Below are positions 40,133 to 47,120 of a stretch of 56,609 nucleotides of DNA, piece after piece. The position numbers and the translations under genes were made by a program. This stretch comes from a virus (taxonomy: Duplodnaviria > Caudoviricetes). The first letter of the stretch is position 1, and each line of letters begins with the position of its first letter. A model generated the notes under the pieces. The model searched no databases. It worked only from the letters and a program-made list of their open reading frames with translations, and had not been told where the DNA came from. Where the stretch lies: positions 1-56,609 of the IMG/VR virus record IMGVR_UViG_3300028615_000096, one strand, 5' to 3'.

Positions 40133-40414
40133 GTGGACTTCCTGGACTACGTGCAACAAGCCGGGCCTTTTACGGCCCCGCTGTGCGTGGCTATGATCTT
40201 CGCCATCCGGTGGTTGCTGAAGGACCGCGAGCGCCTACTCGGCCTATTGACCGAGGCGAACAACGATCGCATGTCTCTGCGAGAGAAGAGGGCAGAGGAC
40301 TTGGAACGGGCGGCCAACGAGTACCGCAACCACGGCGAGGCCATGAGCAGCTCGTTGCGGGATTGGCAGACTACCGCCGACGCCGTGCTGCAGCGCGTAC
40401 CGGGAGCAAAATGA
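40133..40414 (+). CDS. Single-TM holin-like protein
   Basis: 93 aa; one TM helix then coiled coil; GAGG RBS. Confidence 0.5.
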   Translation: MDFLDYVQQAGPFTAPLCVAMIFAIRWLLKDRERLLGLLTEANNDRMSLREKRAEDLERAANEYRNHGEAMSSSLRDWQTTADAVLQRVPGAK

Positions 40415-40647
40415 AGTTGCTGGACGCCATCCTGCATATCTTCCGGCCAACGGTGCCGCAGGTGCCGCCGGAGCTGCTGGAGCGTGAAGCCGAGGCGGAA
40501 CGTAAGGCCGCCAACGGTTTCAAGGAGCTTCAGCAGTCGCGCGCCTCCTACGACAAGCGTGCGGACAAGGGCCTGACTACGATCAACGACGATTTGGACG
40601 AGCAGGACCGGTTGATGCAGGAGGCTCTCGGTGGCGGACGATCCTAG
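40411..40647 (+). CDS. Small helical protein
   Basis: ATGA overlap with upstream stop; MKLLDAILHIFRP...; 78 aa. Confidence 0.6.
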   Translation: MKLLDAILHIFRPTVPQVPPELLEREAEAERKAANGFKELQQSRASYDKRADKGLTTINDDLDEQDRLMQEALGGGRS

Positions 40648-41344
40648 TGGCAAGGAGAAGTTGAAGGAGACCCTGATGGGGATGGAGTCTCCTGTGCGTC
40701 AGTCTGAGCGTCCCCCTCCTGATCCCCCACCGGCAGAGTCCACGGTGGACAGCACCAAGCTCTTGGAGGCTTGGCAGCTGAACGTCTCCACCATGCGCAG
40801 CCTCATCGAGCACTTGGACGCGGCACAGCTTGACAACGCACAGACCCGCTCCGACAACAAGACGACGCGGTGGCTCACGCTGAGCGCTGCCGCAGTGGTC
40901 GTCGTCATCGGCGCCGTCGTGCTGTGGCGCGTAGAGACCGCGTCTCAGAGCGTGGGTGTGCTGACAGCTGCTGCACAGGCCGCGGACGCGGAGCTGGACA
41001 CCGTGCGGGATCAGCTGAGTGCGGTGCTCACGGCGGTGCAGGCCACCAACGAGGCCGAGTTGGAGGAAGAGCTGGCTGCAGCCGTGTCCGATGCTGACGC
41101 GCACCCTCCCCTGGAGGCACCTGCGCCCAAGGTGGCCGCGATCAAGGCGCGCGTAGAGGCGCAGGTGGCGTCCATCCAGGCCGAGAAGAAGATGGCCGAG
41201 TCCGCACCCACCGCACCGGAAAAGAAGACCCGGCTGGAGAGGGTGCGGCGTAAGGCCAAGGCACTCAAAGCGAAGGCGGCGAAGATGCCGGTGCCGCTGG
41301 ACGGCGGTGAAGACAGCCCGCTGCGCGCGCTGGACGACTTCTGA
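40631..41344 (+). CDS. Single-TM coiled-coil membrane protein
   Basis: WLTLSAAAVVVVIGAVVLWR TM segment; GGAGG RBS. Confidence 0.7.
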   Translation: MADDPSGKEKLKETLMGMESPVRQSERPPPDPPPAESTVDSTKLLEAWQLNVSTMRSLIEHLDAAQLDNAQTRSDNKTTRWLTLSAAAVVVVIGAVVLWRVETASQSVGVLTAAAQAADAELDTVRDQLSAVLTAVQATNEAELEEELAAAVSDADAHPPLEAPAPKVAAIKARVEAQVASIQAEKKMAESAPTAPEKKTRLERVRRKAKALKAKAAKMPVPLDGGEDSPLRALDDF

Positions 41345-42478
41345 TCACCACTCCCCGTCGCGCACCGTGTCCGTGCTGGCCAGGAGCACCGGATAGCCCT
41401 CCGCCGGGCTGTCGTCCTGCTGCCCCTCGAAGCCGTGCTCCTTGTCCTTCTGGCCCACGGTCTTCACGTTGGTGAGCGTCTCGCTGGCCGGCACGTCACC
41501 CGCTCCACCGTCGCTCACCTGGTAGTACGGGCCGTTGTAGTCCCCGGCGCCCAGAGGGCTGGCCGGCGCCTCCTCGCCCGTGATCTTCTTCCAGAGCGTG
41601 GCGTCCACCATGTGGATGAAGAGGCGGCCGGCCCCGGAAGCGTCCCAGGTGTCGATGCCGTGCGGGTCCGGGTAGATCTTCTGGACCATCTCGCCGCCCG
41701 CGCCCAAGCCCATCTGCGCACCCTTGTGCACCAGGCTCTTGCGCTGCGGCTGCATGCCAGCGGAGCGCATCACACCTGCCGTGGGCGCCGCGCTGCTGTA
41801 CACGCTGTTGATCGCCGCTCCGATCATGGCGTCCCCGTCGTGCACTTCGCCCATGCCCTGCAGGTGGAACACACCGCCCTCGATCGGATCGGACGCGCTC
41901 TGTCCGCGCGGGCCGCTGCGCTGCTTCTTGAGGAACTTGTCCGTCGCCGGCACCACCAGTAGCTGGAGGCCGCCGAACTTCTCCTCCCCGGAGACCTGCC
42001 CCTCGACCGTGTAGCCCTTGCCCATGGCGGTGGCGACGAACTGGCGGATCTTCCCTTCGCCCGTGTTGAAGCCGTCGAGCCAGGGCTGGGGCGGCGCCAC
42101 CATGTAGTCCTGGCGCGGGTTCTTGCTGTCGCTCTCATCCGCCGGCGCCAGTTCCGGCGACCAGGGCTTGCCGCTGACGGCGTTGATCTTGCCCGCCGCC
42201 ACCTTCACCGCGCACGGGAAGCGGTAGTTCCGGGTGAAGCCCAGCCACAGAGCCTCCCGCTCGTACATGGGCAGGAAGATCCCGCCGTGCTTCACCCACT
42301 CACCCGGGACCTTGTCCCGGTAGTCATCTACCCGCTTCACGGGGAACACGCCCACGGAAGGCGGCAGGGCGTGCGTCTTGCCGTCCTCGGGCAACCGCAC
42401 CGTGCGGTGGAGCGTCACGGTGAAGCTCCCCTTGGGGTGCTTGAAGATCACGTTGCCGTTCTGCGCTTCGATTTCCAT
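41345..42478 (-). CDS. Conserved uncharacterised protein (RTxRxPxDG...QPWLDG family)
   Basis: RTVRLPEDGKTHALPP, FLPMYEREALW, QPWLDGF, GYTVEGQV.G.E..GGLQ, MGLGAGG.M.Q.IY.D motifs of a family I recall from bacteria and fungi. GAGG RBS before ATG 42478. Confidence 0.85.
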   Translation of the reverse strand: MEIEAQNGNVIFKHPKGSFTVTLHRTVRLPEDGKTHALPPSVGVFPVKRVDDYRDKVPGEWVKHGGIFLPMYEREALWLGFTRNYRFPCAVKVAAGKINAVSGKPWSPELAPADESDSKNPRQDYMVAPPQPWLDGFNTGEGKIRQFVATAMGKGYTVEGQVSGEEKFGGLQLLVVPATDKFLKKQRSGPRGQSASDPIEGGVFHLQGMGEVHDGDAMIGAAINSVYSSAAPTAGVMRSAGMQPQRKSLVHKGAQMGLGAGGEMVQKIYPDPHGIDTWDASGAGRLFIHMVDATLWKKITGEEAPASPLGAGDYNGPYYQVSDGGAGDVPASETLTNVKTVGQKDKEHGFEGQQDDSPAEGYPVLLASTDTVRDGEW

Positions 42479-42486
42479 GCCCAGCC

Positions 42487-42690
42487 TCACCATTCTCCGT
42501 CACGGACGGTCTTGCGTGCCTTGCCTAGCACGCGTTGCATTTGATCCGGCAGCGGGCTGATTCCCGCCGCCGCGTTCAGGATGGCCAAGCACCATGCGTG
42601 GCGGGTCATGCCGCAGGCTTCAGCAGCTGCCTCCCAGGCATCCGCTTCGATCTCGCGTGGCTTCACTGTCACGTTGGTGCGATCCGTCAT
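42487..42690 (-). CDS. Small ribbon-helix-helix-like regulator
   Basis: 67 aa: N-terminal strand (TNVTVK) then WEAAAEACGMTRHAW..AIL helices; leaderless start after a promoter with a palindrome. Confidence 0.65.
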   Translation of the reverse strand: MTDRTNVTVKPREIEADAWEAAAEACGMTRHAWCLAILNAAAGISPLPDQMQRVLGKARKTVRDGEW

Positions 42691-42696
42691 GCTGCC

Positions 42697-42724
42697 ATGG
42701 TAACCATATATGGTTACCCGTCAA
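42697..42724 (-). promoter_or_regulatory. Leftward sigma70-like promoter containing a 20-bp perfect palindrome (operator)
   Basis: Minus strand TTGACG-16 nt-TACCAT-6 nt-ATG; palindrome GGTAACCATATATGGTTACC at 42699-42718. Confidence 0.7.
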
Positions 42725-42732
42725 CTACTCTC

Positions 42733-42761
42733 TTGACACCCGCTGGCGGCGTGCCTACCTT
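42733..42761 (+). promoter_or_regulatory. Rightward sigma70-like promoter for the tRNA-like RNA cluster
   Basis: TTGACA-17 nt-TACCTT. Confidence 0.75.
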
Positions 42762-42769
42762 CAGGTCAT

Positions 42770-42860
42770 GCAGTTGGATTGACCGCCGCGGCTTGAAGCC
42801 GCGCTCCCGCAAGGGGCAAGTCAACACCCGCGCGCCGCAAGGCCCTGCGCGGGCTACTGC
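42770..42860 (+). ncRNA. Structured leader RNA
   Basis: TTGAC/GTCAA stem enclosing CGCGGC-ttgaa-GCCGCG and a GCAA-tetraloop hairpin; second arm CCCGCGC/GCGCGGG with GCAA loop. Confidence 0.55.
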
Positions 42861-42865
42861 TTTCA

Positions 42866-42943
42866 GTGCCAGAGGCCCAATCGGACGGGCGGCCGGACTA
42901 ATCACCCGGACGGCTGCGGGTTCGAACCCCGCCTGGCGCACCA
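42866..42943 (+). tRNA. Atypical tRNA-like RNA (9-nt loop ACTAATCAC; nominal AAT)
   Basis: Acceptor GTGCCAG/CTGGCGC+ACCA, D arm, T arm GCGGG-TTCGAAC-CCCGC; irregular anticodon arm. Confidence 0.7.
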
Positions 42944-43058
42944 CTGCGTGGAGTCCCGGAAGCGGCAGGACCGGGGAGGGGCGTTGCTTCCCCTCTGGCT
43001 GGGGTTGTGAGCGCTCAGAAGTCCAGCACGGGTTCGAATCCCGCGCGCGCAGTGACCA
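42942..43058 (+). ncRNA. Oversized tRNA-like RNA
   Basis: CACTGCGTG/CGCGCAGTG+ACCA, long D-like arm, GAGGGG/CCCCTC arm with 8-nt loop, long extra arm, GGTTCGAATCC T loop. Confidence 0.65.
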
Positions 43059-43060
43059 AT

Positions 43061-43146
43061 GGAGACGTAGCTCAGTTGGCAGAGCACCGGTGAAGCGCCG
43101 CGCGCCGATCCGGAGGTCGGAGGTTCAAGTCCTCCCGTCTCCCCCA
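43061..43146 (+). tRNA. tRNA-like RNA with 17-19-nt anticodon loop, no assignable anticodon
   Basis: Perfect GGAGACG/CGTCTCC+CCCA, canonical D and T arms; CCGG-tgaagcgccgcgcgccgat-CCGG. Confidence 0.8.
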
Positions 43147-43185
43147 TGCACCTGGTCTGCTCCGAAAGGGGCGGGGGTGCGCCAA

Positions 43186-43267
43186 GCAGGGGTAGCTCAG
43201 TTGGTTAGAGCGCCGTGGTTGATCACCACCACGGAGGTCGGAGGTTCGAGTCCTGCCCCCTGCGCCA
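43186..43267 (+). tRNA. tRNA-like RNA with 7-bp anticodon stem and 8-nt loop
   Basis: GCAGGGG/CCCCTGC+GCCA, canonical D arm; CCGTGGT-tgatcacc-ACCACGG. Confidence 0.8.
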
Positions 43268-43268
43268 T

Positions 43269-43610
43269 TTACTCCGTCAGGTCCGGCGGTGCTTCGTGAA
43301 CCCCGCTCGCTGGCTCCTGCTTCTCTGCGGTGCCCTCTTCGAGCAACTTCACATTCCACAGCGGGATCGGGGTGTAGACCCTGATCTGCCAGCCGCCGGG
43401 CTCGTAGTTGTCCTGCCCCAGCATGGGCTCGTAGTCGACCTCCAGAATGACGTCGCCGTATTGCCGTGCCTCTTCGAGGTCACGAGCCAGGTAAGTGCAG
43501 CGCGCCACTGGCTTGCCGGTGATCGGACTGCGTCCCCGATCGCCGTGGAGCGCGCCCTGCTTCTGGATGCGTTCCCACGCCTCGCGCGTGGTGCCGTGGT
43601 ACCAGACCAC
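43269..43610 (-). CDS. Small ADP-ribosyltransferase-fold protein (Tpt1/KptA-like NAD-binding lobe)
   Basis: WYHGT....ERI...G, TYLA.D...A..YG.VILEV, W....PIP motifs. Confidence 0.65.
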   Translation of the reverse strand: MVWYHGTTREAWERIQKQGALHGDRGRSPITGKPVARCTYLARDLEEARQYGDVILEVDYEPMLGQDNYEPGGWQIRVYTPIPLWNVKLLEEGTAEKQEPASGVHEAPPDLTE

Positions 43611-44051
43611 TCAGCTGGCCTCCCGCAGCTCGTGCACCGCCGGCATGCCGGCCAGGTGGTACGCGCCCGCCTCTTCGACGGTGACGCGCATCTCACCCTC
43701 GCACAGCGGGCACAGGCTGATGGGCTCTCCATTGTAGGAGACGCCGTGCGTGTGCTGGACGGCGGGGCAGCGCACCGTGCGGCCCGCGCGCGCCAGCTCC
43801 GCAGCAGAGGTGAAGCTCAGGGTGCGCGGCAGGTCCACGCCGCGGTCTTCCATGGACCAGTCGTAGTGGGCCTCGTCCCACGTGTACTCGTTCTCGGCCT
43901 CCGCATCCGCGACTGCTGCAGGCAGGTCGTGGTGGAGATCTTGCAGCGTGCGCGCCGCCTGGCCGCCCTTGAAGCCGTTGGCCTTGTGCGGCTTGCAGGC
44001 CAGGCAGCCTGCCCGGCGGTTCTTGGGCCGCCCTCGTTTGTGGTTTGCCAT
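43611..44051 (-). CDS. Hypothetical protein with two CxxC motifs
   Basis: 146 aa; MANHKRGRPKNRRAGCLACKPHK; CPLC; abuts the ART-like gene. Confidence 0.6.
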   Translation of the reverse strand: MANHKRGRPKNRRAGCLACKPHKANGFKGGQAARTLQDLHHDLPAAVADAEAENEYTWDEAHYDWSMEDRGVDLPRTLSFTSAAELARAGRTVRCPAVQHTHGVSYNGEPISLCPLCEGEMRVTVEEAGAYHLAGMPAVHELREAS

Positions 44052-44065
44052 CGTAGGAGGACCTT

Positions 44066-44386
44066 GTGCAGAAGCTCTACATCGTAGTCAGGAACGACAT
44101 CAAGCCGGGGCTCATGGTAGCCCAATCTTGCCACGCGCTCCGCGCCTTTGTGGAGGAGCACCCGGACGTGGACAAAGAGTGGTTCGCCACCTCGAACAAC
44201 ATCGTCTGCCTGGAGGTTGCGAACGAGGTGGAGTTGCAGGCCCTCGTCGATCGCGTCGCCGGTGCCGACGTGGAGGTGAGCACCTTCACGGAGCCGGACC
44301 TGGACGATCAGATGACGGCCGCCGCCTTTGGGCCGCGCGCGGCCGCGCTGCTGTCCAACCTGCCCCTGGCGTTGCGCGTCGCCTAG
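44066..44386 (+). CDS. pth2: Peptidyl-tRNA hydrolase, Pth2 family
   Basis: KLYIVVR.DI.PG..VAQSCHA...W...IVCLEV...FTEPDL...TAAAFGP...L.L; AGGAGG RBS. Confidence 0.88.
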   Translation: MQKLYIVVRNDIKPGLMVAQSCHALRAFVEEHPDVDKEWFATSNNIVCLEVANEVELQALVDRVAGADVEVSTFTEPDLDDQMTAAAFGPRAAALLSNLPLALRVA

Positions 44387-45318
44387 TCCGTGGGCTCCCA
44401 CGTCAGCGTGGTGGTCACGTTGCACATGGGGGCATCTAGCGGCTGCAGCACGCCGAACTGGATGCGCAGGTAGGGCTCCAGGCTGGTCTCCCAGTCCGCA
44501 CACTGCACTGTGAGATCGGCCACGGTGTAGGTGGTGCCCACCCGAGGGCCCCAGAACACGCAGTGGTTGTGGCCGCCCACGGGGAACAGGTCCCCGCCCT
44601 CGCACAGCACCGCGTCACACTGCACGCGCAGCTCTGAGACGTGTGCCGTGGTCACCAGGCGGACGTGCGCCGGCCCGCGGTTGGTCCGGTCCACCGTGTT
44701 CATCCGGAGGAAGTCGCGATCCTCCTCCGTGTCGAGGGTGTGCTCGAAGACCATCTCCCCGCTGTCGCCATGCAGCGCGTCCAGGTTGAGCGGCGTGCTG
44801 TTGGTGTCTCCACCCGCACCCACCTCGTAGGCGTCCTCCTCACACGTGTCCGCGTCGTAGGGCCCCGGGTCTGGTTCAGGCTCCGGGTCTGGGTCCGGGT
44901 CCGGGTCTGGTTCAGGCTCCGGCTCCGGTTCAGGCTCCGGCTCCGGGTCTGGTTCAGGGTCCTGGGCCGCCGGGTCCTGGGCCGCCGGGTCCTGCGTGCT
45001 GGCGTCCTGCGGCTCCTCGACAGGCTGGGGCGCCGGAGGCGGCGGTGTGGTGGGCTGCGGGCCTGGGGCGGGCTGTGGCGCCGGCTGGGCGGGCTCCTGG
45101 GCGTCCTGCGGCTCTGGGGCGGCTGAGGGCGGCGGTGCGGCCCCTCCAGCAGTCCCTTCCGGCTCCTGCCAGGCCGGCGGCGGCGCCTGCAGCGGGCCGG
45201 TACTGGTCGGTGCCGCGCCGGTGGCGGAGGCGCCCGGGACGGGTTCCGTTACGGTTGTGGGAGGCTGCGACTCAAAACCACACCCCGCCGCGAAAAGGAT
45301 TGCAACCCATACACGCAT
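44383..45318 (-). CDS. Lipoprotein with Pro/Glu/Asp linker and Cys-rich C-terminal domain
   Basis: Lipobox-like MRVWVAILFAAG-C; (PE/PD)n tract; CEEDAYE motif. Confidence 0.8.
   Translation of the reverse strand: MRVWVAILFAAGCGFESQPPTTVTEPVPGASATGAAPTSTGPLQAPPPAWQEPEGTAGGAAPPPSAAPEPQDAQEPAQPAPQPAPGPQPTTPPPPAPQPVEEPQDASTQDPAAQDPAAQDPEPDPEPEPEPEPEPEPDPDPDPDPEPEPDPGPYDADTCEEDAYEVGAGGDTNSTPLNLDALHGDSGEMVFEHTLDTEEDRDFLRMNTVDRTNRGPAHVRLVTTAHVSELRVQCDAVLCEGGDLFPVGGHNHCVFWGPRVGTTYTVADLTVQCADWETSLEPYLRIQFGVLQPLDAPMCNVTTTLTWEPTD
44867..44995 (-). repeat. Hexamer (PE/PD) and 15-bp (QDPAA) coding repeats
   Basis: GGCTCC/GGGTCC/GGTTCA hexamers and tandem GGGTCCTGGGCCGCC. Confidence 0.85.
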
Positions 45319-45680
45319 GCACTAATTGTGTGCACTTGTGCGAGGTTGTGCAAAGCTGCGCATTTGCACAGGTGATACATGGTCAGATTCGGGGGATGTG
45401 GTGGTGCGCGTGCTCGCGCCACCGTGGGAACGCGGGGCAGTGCGCGCGCGCCGGGCGCCGCGCCGGCAGCGGGGGCGGGGTAGACCCGCTTCCGCGGGTT
45501 CACGTCCAGCACGACCTCGTTGCTGGCTGCCGAGTGGTAGGGGGCGATGTGGATGACCACCGCCGGCTGGAACTGGTTGCCCCGCCGCAAGCACTCCCCG
45601 GTCGGACAGCTGCAGTACCCGCAGTCGCCCCCGATGTAGACCGCCGTGCCGTCGTAGCTGTTGGGAACCACCGCGATCAT
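45249..45680 (-). CDS. Possible Cys-rich hypothetical protein
   Basis: ATGA coupling with upstream stop; MIAVVPNSYDG...CGYCSC..GEC; its 3' end overlaps the lipoprotein start, so uncertain. Confidence 0.4.
   Translation of the reverse strand: MIAVVPNSYDGTAVYIGGDCGYCSCPTGECLRRGNQFQPAVVIHIAPYHSAASNEVVLDVNPRKRVYPAPAAGAAPGARALPRVPTVARARAPPHPPNLTMYHLCKCAALHNLAQVHTISACVYGLQSFSRRGVVLSRSLPQP
45347..45370. promoter_or_regulatory. Inverted repeat upstream of the lipoprotein gene
   Basis: TGTGCAAA-8 nt-TTTGCACA in an AT-richer patch with extra TGTGC words. Confidence 0.45.
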
Positions 45681-46327
45681 GCTTTGCGGAACAGCTGCTG
45701 CGCGTGCCACTGCACGCTGTCGGCCTGGGAGTTCGCAAGCCACGCCTCGTGGTGGCTGTGGTCCCGATCCTTGTCGGGCTCCGAGAACTCCCCGAGCAGT
45801 GCGTGCAGCATCTCGTGGATGACCGGCTCGCCGCGCAGCATCAGGTCGTCGATGATGTCCTTGCTGCAGAGGACCACGGCGGCTGGGATGCCAGCGCCCA
45901 CCGGAGCGCCTGTGTACGCCAGGTACGCGGCTGCGGTCTGGATCGAGGGGAAGGGGCTGGCAAGGAAGACGGCTTCCGGCACGAAGCGCACCACCACGTG
46001 GTGAAGCACGCTCACGTTGCTGTTGATCTGCTTTGCCCAGCTGCTGCCCGCAGCCCACACGGCGGCTGCGCAGGTGTGCGCGATCAGCTCTTCGGCTTTC
46101 GTGCGCGCCGGCGAGGCGCCGACCTTGTTGATGCCCGGCGCGGTTGTGTCGCTGAACACCACATCGATCGTGTACGGCCCGCGCTTCATCGTGTAGCGCG
46201 TGCCGTCCGGGATGGTGGGGCGGCGCCCCAGCCACAGCAGCCACAAGGGCAGCGCGATGAGCAGCATCGCAGTGGGCACCAGGAAGATGACCCACTGCCA
46301 CCAGGTGAGATCGGAAAGCTCCAGCAT
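45677..46327 (-). CDS. Membrane-anchored zincin-like metallopeptidase
   Basis: N-terminal TM; VIHEMLHALL...DH motif. Confidence 0.7.
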   Translation of the reverse strand: MLELSDLTWWQWVIFLVPTAMLLIALPLWLLWLGRRPTIPDGTRYTMKRGPYTIDVVFSDTTAPGINKVGASPARTKAEELIAHTCAAAVWAAGSSWAKQINSNVSVLHHVVVRFVPEAVFLASPFPSIQTAAAYLAYTGAPVGAGIPAAVVLCSKDIIDDLMLRGEPVIHEMLHALLGEFSEPDKDRDHSHHEAWLANSQADSVQWHAQQLFRKA

Positions 46328-46980
46328 CAGGTGCCTACCTTTTCTTCCGTGACGTCTCCGGTCCGCCCGTCAACCCAGACGAACTCGCCCTCAGCGCCTA
46401 CGGGGAAGTGATCGCGGCACTGCACGCAGAACGTAGCACCGTAGAAGCCCGGGTCCTTCGCGTAAGTCTCCGCGATTGCCTGGGACATCTTGGTGGTGGT
46501 CTTGCACTTCTCGTGGAAGTAGACCGTGCGCACGGGCCGCACGAAGCCGCTCCTGCGCTCGTCCTCCGTGAGCACCCAGTAGGAGCTGTACTGGCCGGTG
46601 GCTGGGTTGAGCGCGCCTGGCGCGCCTGTGTCCAGGTAGCGCGCGTCCACACCGTCCGTGCCCGTCACGCCCAGGCCCGCCGTGTTGATGGGCTGCGCTG
46701 CGCCGGGGCACTCCCCAATCTTGCAGCCACAGAACCAGCACGTGTCCCCGTTGTCCGCGGCCGAGCAGACATGAACGCGCGCGCACTTCTCCACCGGGTG
46801 CTTCATGGCCTCTTCGACGCACGCCTCGCACAGCAGGTGCCGGAAGAACGGCCAGGGTGCGGGCTCCCTGAACGCGGCCGCGACCTTGGGCTGACACTCC
46901 GCGCAGAAGCCGATCTCGCGGTAGGTCAGCACGTGGCCTTCACGGATCAACTCAGGGATAGACTTCTCATCTTCGGCCAT
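46327..46980 (-). CDS. Cys-rich zinc-binding phage protein
   Basis: GGAGG RBS before ATG 46980; several CxxC; GFVRPVR..Y.H..C...T.M...IAETYA.DP.FYG.TFC..C domain. Confidence 0.75.
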   Translation of the reverse strand: MAEDEKSIPELIREGHVLTYREIGFCAECQPKVAAAFREPAPWPFFRHLLCEACVEEAMKHPVEKCARVHVCSAADNGDTCWFCGCKIGECPGAAQPINTAGLGVTGTDGVDARYLDTGAPGALNPATGQYSSYWVLTEDERRSGFVRPVRTVYFHEKCKTTTKMSQAIAETYAKDPGFYGATFCVQCRDHFPVGAEGEFVWVDGRTGDVTEEKVGT

Positions 46981-47120
46981 GAGAACCTCCCGAAGGAGCC
47001 CCGACACTACCTGTCCTGTCGGCTCGGGGCCACACCGATGCTTGCCGCTTCGTTCGTCCAAGGGGGGAATGGACGGTTTTCGCTGCCCAGGGGGGATGGG
47101 CGCGGATAGCGGCCGGACTC

